Origin: a virus | Length of the DNA stretch: 64,000 nt | IMG/VR virus record: IMGVR_UViG_3300045738_002140 | Span: 1 to 64,000 of that record | Reading direction: 5' to 3' (one strand) | Shown: piece after piece, positions 52,781-61,211 of the stretch | Layout of the letters: every line of letters starts with the position of its first letter | How positions within the stretch are numbered: the first letter of the stretch is position 1 | Notes under the pieces: generated by a model | Databases searched by the model: none | Told to the model about the DNA's origin: nothing | The model's input: only the letters and a program-made list of their open reading frames with translations | Translations under genes and position numbers: made by a program

Positions 52781-53660
52781 GACTCAGTATCCTTTCTGCC
52801 ACGCGATTGGGAAGGTACCACTCTGCAACCTCCTTGGCTTTTTCCATGTCAACTCCATCATGATCAAAATTGAGAACTTTTTCTTTGCAATCATCTGGAT
52901 TTTGAGCCTCGTAAAGTGGCAAAATGTCTCCCCATATTTCTCTTTTAATCGGTATGTCTGCGCTTAGGCATGGTGTTCCCATCAGGGCCCCCTCTATGGG
53001 TTGCATACCTAGGCCTGTGTATATTTCTGAGGCGATTAATAGATGGGCGTGTTTAATTAGGGTGTTGACATTTGCCCTGTCTAGCCAACCAAAATTTTTT
53101 ATTTTTATATCTGGAGCAACTGAGTTAAAAAGCTCTGGTGGGCAGGGTTCTCCAGAGACGAAGAGCTCAAAGTCTGTACCGTTTAAAGCCTGAACTACTG
53201 TCGATATGTTTTTTATGGGGTCCATCGGTCTACCAAAATAGTAAACATACGAGTGCCTTTCTCTTTCTTCGTAGTCGCGCTCACACGATAAGGCTGGTAT
53301 CCCTACGTGTCTTGAGTCTAGGCCGGTGTACTCTTTTAACACTCGGCTGGTTTCTTTTGAGATGGTCATCAACGAATCGCAATGTTCGTAGATTTTCTTT
53401 TCTTCGCTTAAAAGCTTTTCGTCGCAGATTCTAAATTCCCCATTGTGAACCCCATAGGACAAATCCAAAATTAAACAATACAGGGGTTTTCCTGAGCTTA
53501 TAGACTCTTCGTACGCAAGGTCTAGTTGAGATCTATCTATATTGAAAATGATGTCGTAGCCCCGTTTAACTATGGGGTGTCCGGATTTTCTCCACTCTTT
53601 CTCTAAGGACTCTAAGTATCCTCCCGGAGTTTTTTTGTATCCAAAAGTTTTTATTTTCAT
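52770..53660 (-). CDS. GT4 (GT-B) glycosyltransferase
   Basis: YFGRP.DPIKN, SEIYTGLGMQPIEGALMGTPCLSADIP..REI. Confidence 0.82.
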   Translation of the reverse strand: MKIKTFGYKKTPGGYLESLEKEWRKSGHPIVKRGYDIIFNIDRSQLDLAYEESISSGKPLYCLILDLSYGVHNGEFRICDEKLLSEEKKIYEHCDSLMTISKETSRVLKEYTGLDSRHVGIPALSCERDYEERERHSYVYYFGRPMDPIKNISTVVQALNGTDFELFVSGEPCPPELFNSVAPDIKIKNFGWLDRANVNTLIKHAHLLIASEIYTGLGMQPIEGALMGTPCLSADIPIKREIWGDILPLYEAQNPDDCKEKVLNFDHDGVDMEKAKEVAEWYLPNRVAERILSHEV

Positions 53661-54763
53661 AGGCTATTAATCAGGCATTCAGAAACATAATCTATTTGGT
53701 TATTGGTTATTTCTGGGTAAATGGGTAGGCTTATTTCTCTTCGAGCTTGCCTTTCTGACTCTGGAAAGTCTCCCTTTTTGTGATTTAAATTTTTATAAGC
53801 TTTTTGGAGATGTATGGGTATGGGGTAATGTATTCCTGTTTGGACCCCCTTATCAAGCATTTTCTTGGCTACCTTGTCCCTGTGCGAAATAAAGACTGGA
53901 AAAAGGTGATACACGCACTTGTTGTCGGGGTTGATCTTGAGAAGCTGGATCTTCTTGTGTCCAGATAGGTTCTTTGTATATCTTTTTGCTGCTCTTATCC
54001 TTTTGTCTGTCCATTCGTTTATGTATTTTAGCTTTATGTTTAGCGCTGCCGCTTCTATTTCGCTCATTCTATAATTATTGCCCACTATCTCATGTTTATA
54101 TTTTTCGCTTTGCCCATGGTTAATAAAGGCTTTCATATACTCGAAAGCTACTTTCGAATTCGTAACTGCAGCGCCCCCTTCTCCGCATGTGCCTAGATTT
54201 TTACCGGGATAAAAGCTGAAGCACGTTATCAATGAGAACCAAGAAATTGGTGTGTCAAGTATTTCGGCTCCGTGCGCTTGAGCTGCGTCATGGACTAAGA
54301 ACTTCCCGCTCAGTTGGCAAAGCCTTGCGTATTCTACTAGGTTGCATGGATTGCCGTAAAGGCTGACGGGCATCACTATTTTTGTCTTGCCGTCTTCTAT
54401 CGCTGTTTCTGCTTTAGCTGCGTCCATTCCACCCGTCTTGTCGACGTCTATAAATTTGTGCCTAAGCTTGGGCATATAGGACACCGCTTCGCTTGTCGCT
54501 ATAAAACTATTTGGGGGAGTAACAACGTCCCCCTCTACTTTGAAACATGCTAACGCCGCATGTAACGCCGCGGTCCCGCTGCTCGTGGCGACGCAATACT
54601 TAACGTCACAATACTCTGAGAAATCTTCTTCGAATTTTTTGACCCTATCCCCAGCGGCGTAGCTGCCTGAGTCTACAATGCTGGAGACCTCTTCCATGAA
54701 TTCTTTTTTAAATAGCTTGTTCTGTTTGGGCAGATCTAAGAATTTAACATTCATTTTCTTCAT
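53657..54763 (-). CDS. DegT/DnrJ sugar aminotransferase (WbpE/FdtB/QdtB-like)
   Basis: SSGTAAL, NSFIAT, DAAQAHGA, SFYPGKNLG..GEGG, HYPIPIHLQ. Confidence 0.92.
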   Translation of the reverse strand: MKKMNVKFLDLPKQNKLFKKEFMEEVSSIVDSGSYAAGDRVKKFEEDFSEYCDVKYCVATSSGTAALHAALACFKVEGDVVTPPNSFIATSEAVSYMPKLRHKFIDVDKTGGMDAAKAETAIEDGKTKIVMPVSLYGNPCNLVEYARLCQLSGKFLVHDAAQAHGAEILDTPISWFSLITCFSFYPGKNLGTCGEGGAAVTNSKVAFEYMKAFINHGQSEKYKHEIVGNNYRMSEIEAAALNIKLKYINEWTDKRIRAAKRYTKNLSGHKKIQLLKINPDNKCVYHLFPVFISHRDKVAKKMLDKGVQTGIHYPIPIHLQKAYKNLNHKKGDFPESERQARREISLPIYPEITNNQIDYVSECLINSL

Positions 54764-55622
54764 ATCTTTTGAGTCCGTCTTCTAGCCTAATCGATTCTTC
54801 TCCGAGCAATTTATTCATCTTGCTCGTATCAAAAACGAGGTCTGTTTGTTTATAATGGGGTTTGGTGTACTGTATTTCTAGGTCTTTTTTGTATATTTTA
54901 ATTATTTTTTTTAAGATTTCTTTTATGGTAAGTGATCTTGATGAGCAAATGTTTATGGGGCCCTCATATTTTGTGAGGGGTAGGCTTTTGAGTATGAGGC
55001 TGCATACATCATCTACGTGAATCAGGCTTCTTTTGCTAAGCCCGTTTCCTGTTACTTGAGGGCTCTTGTTTTCTTTTATTCTTCTTATGGTTTCTGGTAT
55101 TATTTTTTTATATGACTCGTCCCCCTTCCCGTATACGTGACCTATTCTTAGTATTTGTAATGTAACGTCGTTTTCTTTTGCCCAAGCTTCAAGCATTTTT
55201 TCGCAGTACAATTTTGACCAGCCATATAAAGACGCTGGGGTTGTCTCTGTGTCCTCGTTAATGCGAGAGGTGTTTGTCCCTCTGTAAACATCGAGGGTGC
55301 TTGCAAATATTATTTTTTGGGGCTTATGTGGTAGTCTGTCTAGAAGGTATTGTGTATTTGTAATATTACTATTTGACTCCCTAGCTAAGTCAACCTCGTC
55401 TGGGGACTTTGGGGTGAATGCTCCAATGTGGAGGAGAGCGTATATATCTTCCCATGTTTTTTCGTAAGGCTTGGGGCAGCTTAGGCATGGCAATAGGTTA
55501 TATTTTTTGTTTTTTGTTTTTATCGGGATCACTCTATACTCTCTGGGGAATTTTTGAGAGATGAGCTCTGTTAGTCTTTTGCCTATGAAGCCACCCGTCC
55601 CTGTCACTAGGAGCTTTTTCAT
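54744..55622 (-). CDS. NAD-dependent epimerase/reductase (extended SDR)
   Basis: VTGTGGFIG, STLDVY, YGWSK, LRIGHVYG. Confidence 0.88.
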   Translation of the reverse strand: MKKLLVTGTGGFIGKRLTELISQKFPREYRVIPIKTKNKKYNLLPCLSCPKPYEKTWEDIYALLHIGAFTPKSPDEVDLARESNSNITNTQYLLDRLPHKPQKIIFASTLDVYRGTNTSRINEDTETTPASLYGWSKLYCEKMLEAWAKENDVTLQILRIGHVYGKGDESYKKIIPETIRRIKENKSPQVTGNGLSKRSLIHVDDVCSLILKSLPLTKYEGPINICSSRSLTIKEILKKIIKIYKKDLEIQYTKPHYKQTDLVFDTSKMNKLLGEESIRLEDGLKRYEENEC

Positions 55623-56683
55623 GGCTCAAGCATCTCTTCTTGTATCTCTTTTTCTGTGGTTAGCATGGGGCATGTGTCCATGTTTCTTAGCCATAGGAGC
55701 CCGTCTTCTAGCGGGTTTATCTTTTTGTCTAGCGTGGGGAACCTATTGTATAGCGCTATGTCTTTAAATATTTTAGGCATATTAAGTCCAGCTCGAGTAA
55801 AAAAGAGAGACGTTGTAAAGAATCTTGAAATATTTATCTCTGTTGGGTTGGGGGCTCCTTCGCTGTCGTAGGTCATGTCAACTCCATAAATTCCATGAGG
55901 TTTTTCGTCTATGGATAAGATGGAGTCTTGGGCCACAGTGTCTACACTCTCTGAGGAAAACGTTTCCCCAACCTTTGTAACTCCGGTTACTCCGGATAAT
56001 GTTCGGTTGCCTAGGTTCCAAGACCTTCTTTTTCTGGTTTGAGCAACAACTAAGTCTCCTTCATACCAAATAGACAACCAAGTAACGCTATTTTTTGTGA
56101 GTAGTTCTGCTGCTGTAAACTCACCCCATCCGCTAAATTTACTTATCCACTTCTCTGCAAAATCATAGTCTCCGGTTGGGAGCGCCCCCCTGCCTCCGCC
56201 CCCCACGTTGGCTCTTAACCAAATTTTACCATCATTGTTTCCTAGGGTTTCAAAGGCTTTCTTGAGGTCTTTTGTGTTCTTAACGGTGATGGTTTTAGGG
56301 ATTTTTATTCCTGACTTTTCCCATATGGTTGCAGACTTTCCTTTGTCTACGCAGTTCTCTATTACGTCGTGCGGGGGCATGAAAACCTTAGTTCCCGTAT
56401 CGGTTATGCTGTACCTGAGTTTCGAGGCTTCTAATATTTCTATGTCGTTTTGGAAGTGGATTAGTTCTGGCTTCTCTCTGTTTAAAAGTTTTATTAATGA
56501 CTTTTTGTATCCTTTTTCTGTGGCGCACGGGACTATGTATTTTCTGGCGGCAGCAGAAAGCATAAGGTCGCTTGAGTCGCAGTTCATTCCTATTATTTCT
56601 TCTTCGTGCCCTCCTGCAAAAAGGCACTCTATCACGTTCTCGGAGGGGGTGCCTCCGGCTCCGGCTATTAGTATTTTAGACAT
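55619..56683 (-). CDS. ATP-grasp domain protein (carboxylate-amine ligase)
   Basis: ILIAGAGG, DKG......GIKIPKT, GGGGRG, GVDM.......PTEINISRF. Confidence 0.85.
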   Translation of the reverse strand: MSKILIAGAGGTPSENVIECLFAGGHEEEIIGMNCDSSDLMLSAAARKYIVPCATEKGYKKSLIKLLNREKPELIHFQNDIEILEASKLRYSITDTGTKVFMPPHDVIENCVDKGKSATIWEKSGIKIPKTITVKNTKDLKKAFETLGNNDGKIWLRANVGGGGRGALPTGDYDFAEKWISKFSGWGEFTAAELLTKNSVTWLSIWYEGDLVVAQTRKRRSWNLGNRTLSGVTGVTKVGETFSSESVDTVAQDSILSIDEKPHGIYGVDMTYDSEGAPNPTEINISRFFTTSLFFTRAGLNMPKIFKDIALYNRFPTLDKKINPLEDGLLWLRNMDTCPMLTTEKEIQEEMLEP

Positions 56684-57653
56684 CGATTGGTTGCCCTTTA
56701 AGTTCTATGGATTTGTTGGTTGCCTCAATGAGTTCTACAACCCTTTTGCCAAGTTCGGGCCCTGAAATACACTCTCCTCCCTGTATACATTGACAGAAGT
56801 GTTTTATTTCTTCCTCTATGGCTTCTGAGTTGTCGAGCTTGGGGGAAAACATGTCTCCTGATCTGTAAGAGAAGACATTTTCGTCATAGCTTACCCCCTT
56901 GTCGTAGACCATAATTTTTTCTGAGGGTTTGTTATCGTCGTAAACCGCCATCTTCTCATCGCCGTTAAGTATTATTTGCCTCACCTTAATGGGAGAAAAC
57001 CAGCTGATGTGAATATGTGCAGAAAAGCCATCTTCGTAGGTTACGGATATGTTCGCCACGTCCGCATTTCCTTTCGGGGTGTGGGAAGCGCCGACAGCGG
57101 AGATTGTTTTTGGTTTTTTTTCTCCGACAAGATAGCTTAGTATAGAAAAATCGTGAGGGGCCAGATCCCAAACCACGTTAGAGTCTCTTTGGAATAATCC
57201 TAGATTAATTCTCACTGAATCGAAATGTTTAATCTCCCCCAAGGAACCATTTATTATTAGATTCTTTAGCTCTCTAACAGACGAGGTAAACAGGAATGTG
57301 TGTGCGACCATGAGCGCTAAGCCTTTCGCTTTGGCTATATTTTCTAGCACGCTGCATTCCTCGGAGCTCATGGCCATGGGTTTCTGTATTAGCACGCTCA
57401 CCCCGCTCTCTAGTACGTGCTTTGCGATTTTAAAATGGGTAGATATTGGCGTAGCTATTATTACTCCGTCTACATTTGAGTGTCTGCCTAGGGCAAGCTC
57501 TGCGTCGTCAAAGAACGCTGTGGCTGCTGGGATTTTTTTAAAAACCTCAACGTCTTTATCTACGATGAACTCTAAGTCAACGCCGTCAATTTTCTGGATA
57601 TTGCGAACAATGTTTGGGCCCCAGTAGCCGCATCCTATGAGTCCTAGTTTCAT
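56676..57653 (-). CDS. Gfo/Idh/MocA oxidoreductase (WbpB/WlbA-like)
   Basis: MKLGLIGCGYWGPN, IATP..TH, QKPMA, WDLAPHD; ATGA overlap start at 57653. Confidence 0.9.
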   Translation of the reverse strand: MKLGLIGCGYWGPNIVRNIQKIDGVDLEFIVDKDVEVFKKIPAATAFFDDAELALGRHSNVDGVIIATPISTHFKIAKHVLESGVSVLIQKPMAMSSEECSVLENIAKAKGLALMVAHTFLFTSSVRELKNLIINGSLGEIKHFDSVRINLGLFQRDSNVVWDLAPHDFSILSYLVGEKKPKTISAVGASHTPKGNADVANISVTYEDGFSAHIHISWFSPIKVRQIILNGDEKMAVYDDNKPSEKIMVYDKGVSYDENVFSYRSGDMFSPKLDNSEAIEEEIKHFCQCIQGGECISGPELGKRVVELIEATNKSIELKGQPIDV

Positions 57654-58507
57654 TTTATTATTTGTTTTAGTTTTTCTTCGCCTATGTTCATGATTGATTT
57701 TCCTTCGTCCGTGAAGGCGGGGGGCGGCACTTTTCCGAACACTTCGTTTGTGTCTCCGTGATCCATGGAAAGGTGCATCCTTTGTATCGTCACGCACTGA
57801 AAGTGGTGGGCGTAAGAGCGACAATATACACCTGTGGTGAGGCCGAGTTTGCGGCAGTTGTTATACCAATCATAGTCCTCCCCTCCAGAGAGACCCACGT
57901 CTGTTCTGTATCGGGGGATCTTTTTCAGGGCTTCCTTTTTGATGTGATAGCACCCTGTCCAGAGTTGGCCTACGTGCGACACCGTTGGGAGCGTTAGTAT
58001 GTGTTTGTCTAAAAATGCCTGCTCTCCTTCCGGGTAGATTATTTTAAGGAATTTTAATATCTTGGCCTTGGACTCTGGGTGATCTAAGTATTTAGGCTTT
58101 AGTTTGTTATGTTGGGCTTTGTTGGCGTCGTTCCAGAACGGAACGTCGCCTTCTATGTGCAGTCCGAATGGGGTCCATGGGCTAGCGATATCTACTGGCC
58201 CGCCCTCAAGGAAGGGCGTTGACCACCCGGGAAACATGTAGTGGTCATTTGATATATACATTACATCTTGGCCTAGTCGCTCGCCCACATCCATAAGGTA
58301 GTTCACTGCATTTGATGAGCCATAATTATTGTCCAGCTTAAGAAGCGCGGTGTTGCTTGAGTCTATGTCCGTCTCGTCCAACCTGTCTTCGGACAGATTG
58401 TCCCACACAACCAAGTTGATTTCTTCTGGGGGTGTGTTCTTGTATATGGAGTCAATGCAAACCCTTGTGAACTCCGCGTGTCCGTATGTCAGTACTAATT
58501 GTATCAT
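57650..58507 (-). CDS. GT2-like glycosyltransferase
   Basis: VLTY...FTRVCIDSI......VWDNLSED, NYG...AVN, SNDH, GEDYDW. Confidence 0.75.
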   Translation of the reverse strand: MIQLVLTYGHAEFTRVCIDSIYKNTPPEEINLVVWDNLSEDRLDETDIDSSNTALLKLDNNYGSSNAVNYLMDVGERLGQDVMYISNDHYMFPGWSTPFLEGGPVDIASPWTPFGLHIEGDVPFWNDANKAQHNKLKPKYLDHPESKAKILKFLKIIYPEGEQAFLDKHILTLPTVSHVGQLWTGCYHIKKEALKKIPRYRTDVGLSGGEDYDWYNNCRKLGLTTGVYCRSYAHHFQCVTIQRMHLSMDHGDTNEVFGKVPPPAFTDEGKSIMNIGEEKLKQIIK

Positions 58508-58510
58508 ACA

Positions 58511-59320
58511 CTATTCATTCCATAGCCTTAGGTTGTGTTTGTAAACGGTATGTGTGGGCATATCTTCTTCTTTCGTCGGTATGTCATTTGTTTTTCCTGA
58601 CTCTATTTCCCAGTGGCTTTTCCAGAAGTTTTTGTTTCTTAACGCTCTGTCTGAAAAGTTTGCATACCCTAAATGAAATACAAAAAGGCCTTCGTTTTCT
58701 ATAAAATTTAAATATTCTTGCATAGAGTTTTTGCAGGAGTCTTTTGTTATGTGCGCTGACGAGCAAAGGCTTCCGTCTTTTTTTATTAATTCGCACGTGT
58801 CGCTTTTGGCTGTATCTACTTTTCCGTTGGGGAGCCTGCCGAAATCTACGGCCCCTCTATGTAGCCCGCCTTTGTGAAGGTACCATTTAAAATTCAAATT
58901 CATTTCATCATCCCACCTTATAGAATATGTGTCCCCCCAAAGGTTTAAGCTGGGGACTAGATAAGAATCAAAGTTGGAAAACCTCATCCTGTAGGCGAAC
59001 GTCTCCCACCTTTCTCTGTGCCTTATGGGGATTCGTTCGTCAAGATCTAAGTTAATTTTGAATTCTTGAGTTGTCGCTTGAAGTGCGGCGTTTTTTATTT
59101 TTCCGTCTAGAAGTGGGTCTTCATAGCTGAATTCGGTTTCTATTATCTTTAGGTTTCTTCTGTCTCTGGCTTCGTCCTTCAGTTTGCTGAGCGTGTCGTC
59201 TTCGCTCTCGTTGACAGCTATGACCACCTCGTTAGCAAAGAAACAAAAATTTTCTAAGGCTTTTCTGTAATCAAAATTATTCTTAATTAAGTTAAATGCA
59301 GAACTGTAAATAGATAGCAT
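58511..59320 (-). CDS. GT2-like glycosyltransferase
   Basis: FANEVVIAVNESEDDT, KNAALQA......NLDLDERI, FHLGY. Confidence 0.75.
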   Translation of the reverse strand: MLSIYSSAFNLIKNNFDYRKALENFCFFANEVVIAVNESEDDTLSKLKDEARDRRNLKIIETEFSYEDPLLDGKIKNAALQATTQEFKINLDLDERIPIRHRERWETFAYRMRFSNFDSYLVPSLNLWGDTYSIRWDDEMNLNFKWYLHKGGLHRGAVDFGRLPNGKVDTAKSDTCELIKKDGSLCSSAHITKDSCKNSMQEYLNFIENEGLFVFHLGYANFSDRALRNKNFWKSHWEIESGKTNDIPTKEEDMPTHTVYKHNLRLWNE

Positions 59321-59325
59321 ACCAT

Positions 59326-59353
59326 ATTATAAACTAATATGGCAAAAAGGCAA
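59326..59353 (-). promoter_or_regulatory. sigma70-like leaderless promoter heading the glycan operon
   Basis: TTGCCT-16-TATAAT-5 nt-ATG(59320). Confidence 0.65.
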
Positions 59354-59359
59354 TTTTTT

Positions 59360-59644
59360 TTACTTTTTGAGGTTATCTATTTTCTCTTCTAGCCTGTCGA
59401 ATCTGTCGTTCATCCTTTCGGCGAAGACTCTGAAGTCGTCTTTGTTGACGTATTTATCTGGAAGTGAGAGAGCGAGATCCGTAACCTTGCCAGTGAGCTC
59501 CCTGTAGTCTTCTGTTTGTTTGACAAATAATGACTGGTGTTCGTCTTTCATTTCCTTAAGCTGTGTGAGGACTAGTCTAAAGACCCAGCCAGCTATAATG
59601 GCGAAAACACCAGTGATTATATCAATAAGGTTTGCAATCTCCAT
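59360..59644 (-). CDS. Small membrane protein with coiled coil (holin/XhlA-like candidate)
   Basis: One N-terminal TM helix; ...YVNKDDF.....RMNDRFDRLEEKID; preceded by GTGTAATTA. Confidence 0.5.
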   Translation of the reverse strand: MEIANLIDIITGVFAIIAGWVFRLVLTQLKEMKDEHQSLFVKQTEDYRELTGKVTDLALSLPDKYVNKDDFRVFAERMNDRFDRLEEKIDNLKK

Positions 59645-59663
59645 AACAATAGTAATTACACCC

Positions 59664-59695
59664 AAAAAAGAAAAGCCCCATAAAAAATGGGGCTT
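59664..59695 (-). terminator. Rho-independent terminator
   Basis: AAGCCCCAT-TTTTT-ATGGGGCTT followed by TTCTTTTTT on the minus strand. Confidence 0.75.
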
Positions 59696-59717
59696 GGCGT
59701 AAGGTTTTTTATGTTGT

Positions 59718-59903
59718 TTACTTGTCGACCTTTACGCCAGCGCTAACAAGGGGCACCGTTAGGTTAACGTGGTTCCACCCTAACGATCCGCTTAGGCAGC
59801 TGTTTTTGTTAGCTTTTGGGCCAACGGTTACTGTGCTTGTGCAACCTGCCGCTGTACCTAAGAGAGCGACGGTAACAATGATGTATTTAAGTGTTTTCTT
59901 CAT
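59718..59903 (-). CDS. Small lipoprotein (61 aa)
   Basis: MKKTLKYIIVTVALLGTAAG-C signal peptide with lipobox; has its own promoter and terminator. Confidence 0.7.
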   Translation of the reverse strand: MKKTLKYIIVTVALLGTAAGCTSTVTVGPKANKNSCLSGSLGWNHVNLTVPLVSAGVKVDK

Positions 59904-59910
59904 TGAAATA

Positions 59911-59939
59911 ATCTTATCATCTAGTGGGCAAAAAGTCAA
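59911..59939 (-). promoter_or_regulatory. sigma70-like leaderless promoter
   Basis: TTGACT-17-TAAGAT (with TGn extension)-7 nt-ATG(59903). Confidence 0.65.
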
Positions 59940-59972
59940 ACTTAAAATTTATATTTAAAAAAATAATTATAT

Positions 59973-61193
59973 TTATGATTTATCATCGCGCGGCTTCTTA
60001 TCCTTTTCGGCTGGGACCTGAGAAGGGGCGGCCGCGGCCAGCGAGGTGACCGACAAGCCGACCTCGCGCAGGGATTTCCGCTCAGAACCATGGCTGCCTG
60101 CGCGGGTTCCTCCCCACCAGAATCTTGCTGGAAGGTAGTTTTCCATTTCTTCTACTACAATGCGGGAATAGTCTCGGGCAAACTGATCAAATGGCATTCC
60201 TTCTATGTCGAAGACCCCTTCAATCAGTGACTGAACTAACCCAATCAGAACCTTTTCTTCTTTCCCGTTCCAGAAATGACGATGACCAAAGGATGCCCTT
60301 ATTGAACCCCTTACGGTCCCCATCATCTTGTCGTAATCGCTTTTTTCAGTTATCTTCATATTGCTCCAGTTTGCTATGTATTCCTCTTTGGTCATGCGAT
60401 CGTAGTGATGGATGGCCGTTACGTCTATTAGCTGATTTGGGAGCCAAATATGGTTTGATACCGCTTTAGCAGCTCTGTAGAAATCGACATCGTGGAGTTT
60501 TTTGTCTAGTTTTTTGGCGCAAACATATGTCCAGTAAAGGGTATTCTCTGTTGCTCCATCACTGAGGGCTTTTTTGATGAGGTCAAGCCCATACTCTTCG
60601 AGTAGATCTTTTACTACCTGAGTGTTGAATTGACAGTGTGCAGCAATCAATGAGCTCGGTGGCGCCGTTAAGTTCAGGTGCTCAGATGCTGCCCGCCACC
60701 AATGATGCGTGGATCCGGCAGCGCCCGGCGGCTTTCCGACTGCGGTTTTGATTCGTCCATTAATAAAAAAATCTTTTACTTCACATTTGTTTGCGATATA
60801 TTGGTCACAGTCTATTATTTGCACAAATTCTGTATCGATGTGCTCATGGAGTAATAGTTTTAGGCCTTTTTGGCGCTGCCAGTGTTTACCTTTGTGAAAA
60901 GTGTGTGCCCATTTTTGACTGTCCTTCACAGGCTCGAAGAGGTGTCCGCGCTTTTGCTGCTTCCCATCGCTGCCTTGTCCATGATGAAGGAATCCGAGGT
61001 CAACATCACGGTCTTTTAATATTTTATACTCATGGGAAGTGGGAAGAGATTCAATATCGTTTGGGGTTACTACTAATATTTTGATGTCTTTCTTGTCGAC
61101 CAATCTCTCTATTGTGGGGATTACGCATTTCATTAGTCTAATTTCGTCTGTGGGGCCAGACATGACTGTAACTAGCGTTAGTCTTTTATTCAT
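59973..61193 (-). CDS. Putative GT-A-like (DUF6492-like) protein
   Basis: ILVVTP, W.RQK.LKL......TEF..IIDCD (DxD). Confidence 0.55.
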   Translation of the reverse strand: MNKRLTLVTVMSGPTDEIRLMKCVIPTIERLVDKKDIKILVVTPNDIESLPTSHEYKILKDRDVDLGFLHHGQGSDGKQQKRGHLFEPVKDSQKWAHTFHKGKHWQRQKGLKLLLHEHIDTEFVQIIDCDQYIANKCEVKDFFINGRIKTAVGKPPGAAGSTHHWWRAASEHLNLTAPPSSLIAAHCQFNTQVVKDLLEEYGLDLIKKALSDGATENTLYWTYVCAKKLDKKLHDVDFYRAAKAVSNHIWLPNQLIDVTAIHHYDRMTKEEYIANWSNMKITEKSDYDKMMGTVRGSIRASFGHRHFWNGKEEKVLIGLVQSLIEGVFDIEGMPFDQFARDYSRIVVEEMENYLPARFWWGGTRAGSHGSERKSLREVGLSVTSLAAAAPSQVPAEKDKKPRDDKS

Positions 61194-61211
61194 ATTTTAT
61201 AAAATCTTTAT

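Noticed and set aside
57654-57824. N-terminal extensions in the ORF track (also 21385-21459, 46191-46292, 12958-13002, 262-291)
   Set aside because: They overlap neighbouring genes or regulatory elements; downstream ATGs match family N-termini and the translational-coupling pattern
48831-59320. Bacterial O-antigen/capsule locus (host contamination or prophage flank)
   Set aside because: Interleaved with phage-type RecA, RNR and replication genes, uses the same promoter style, and lacks flippase, polymerase and ligase genes
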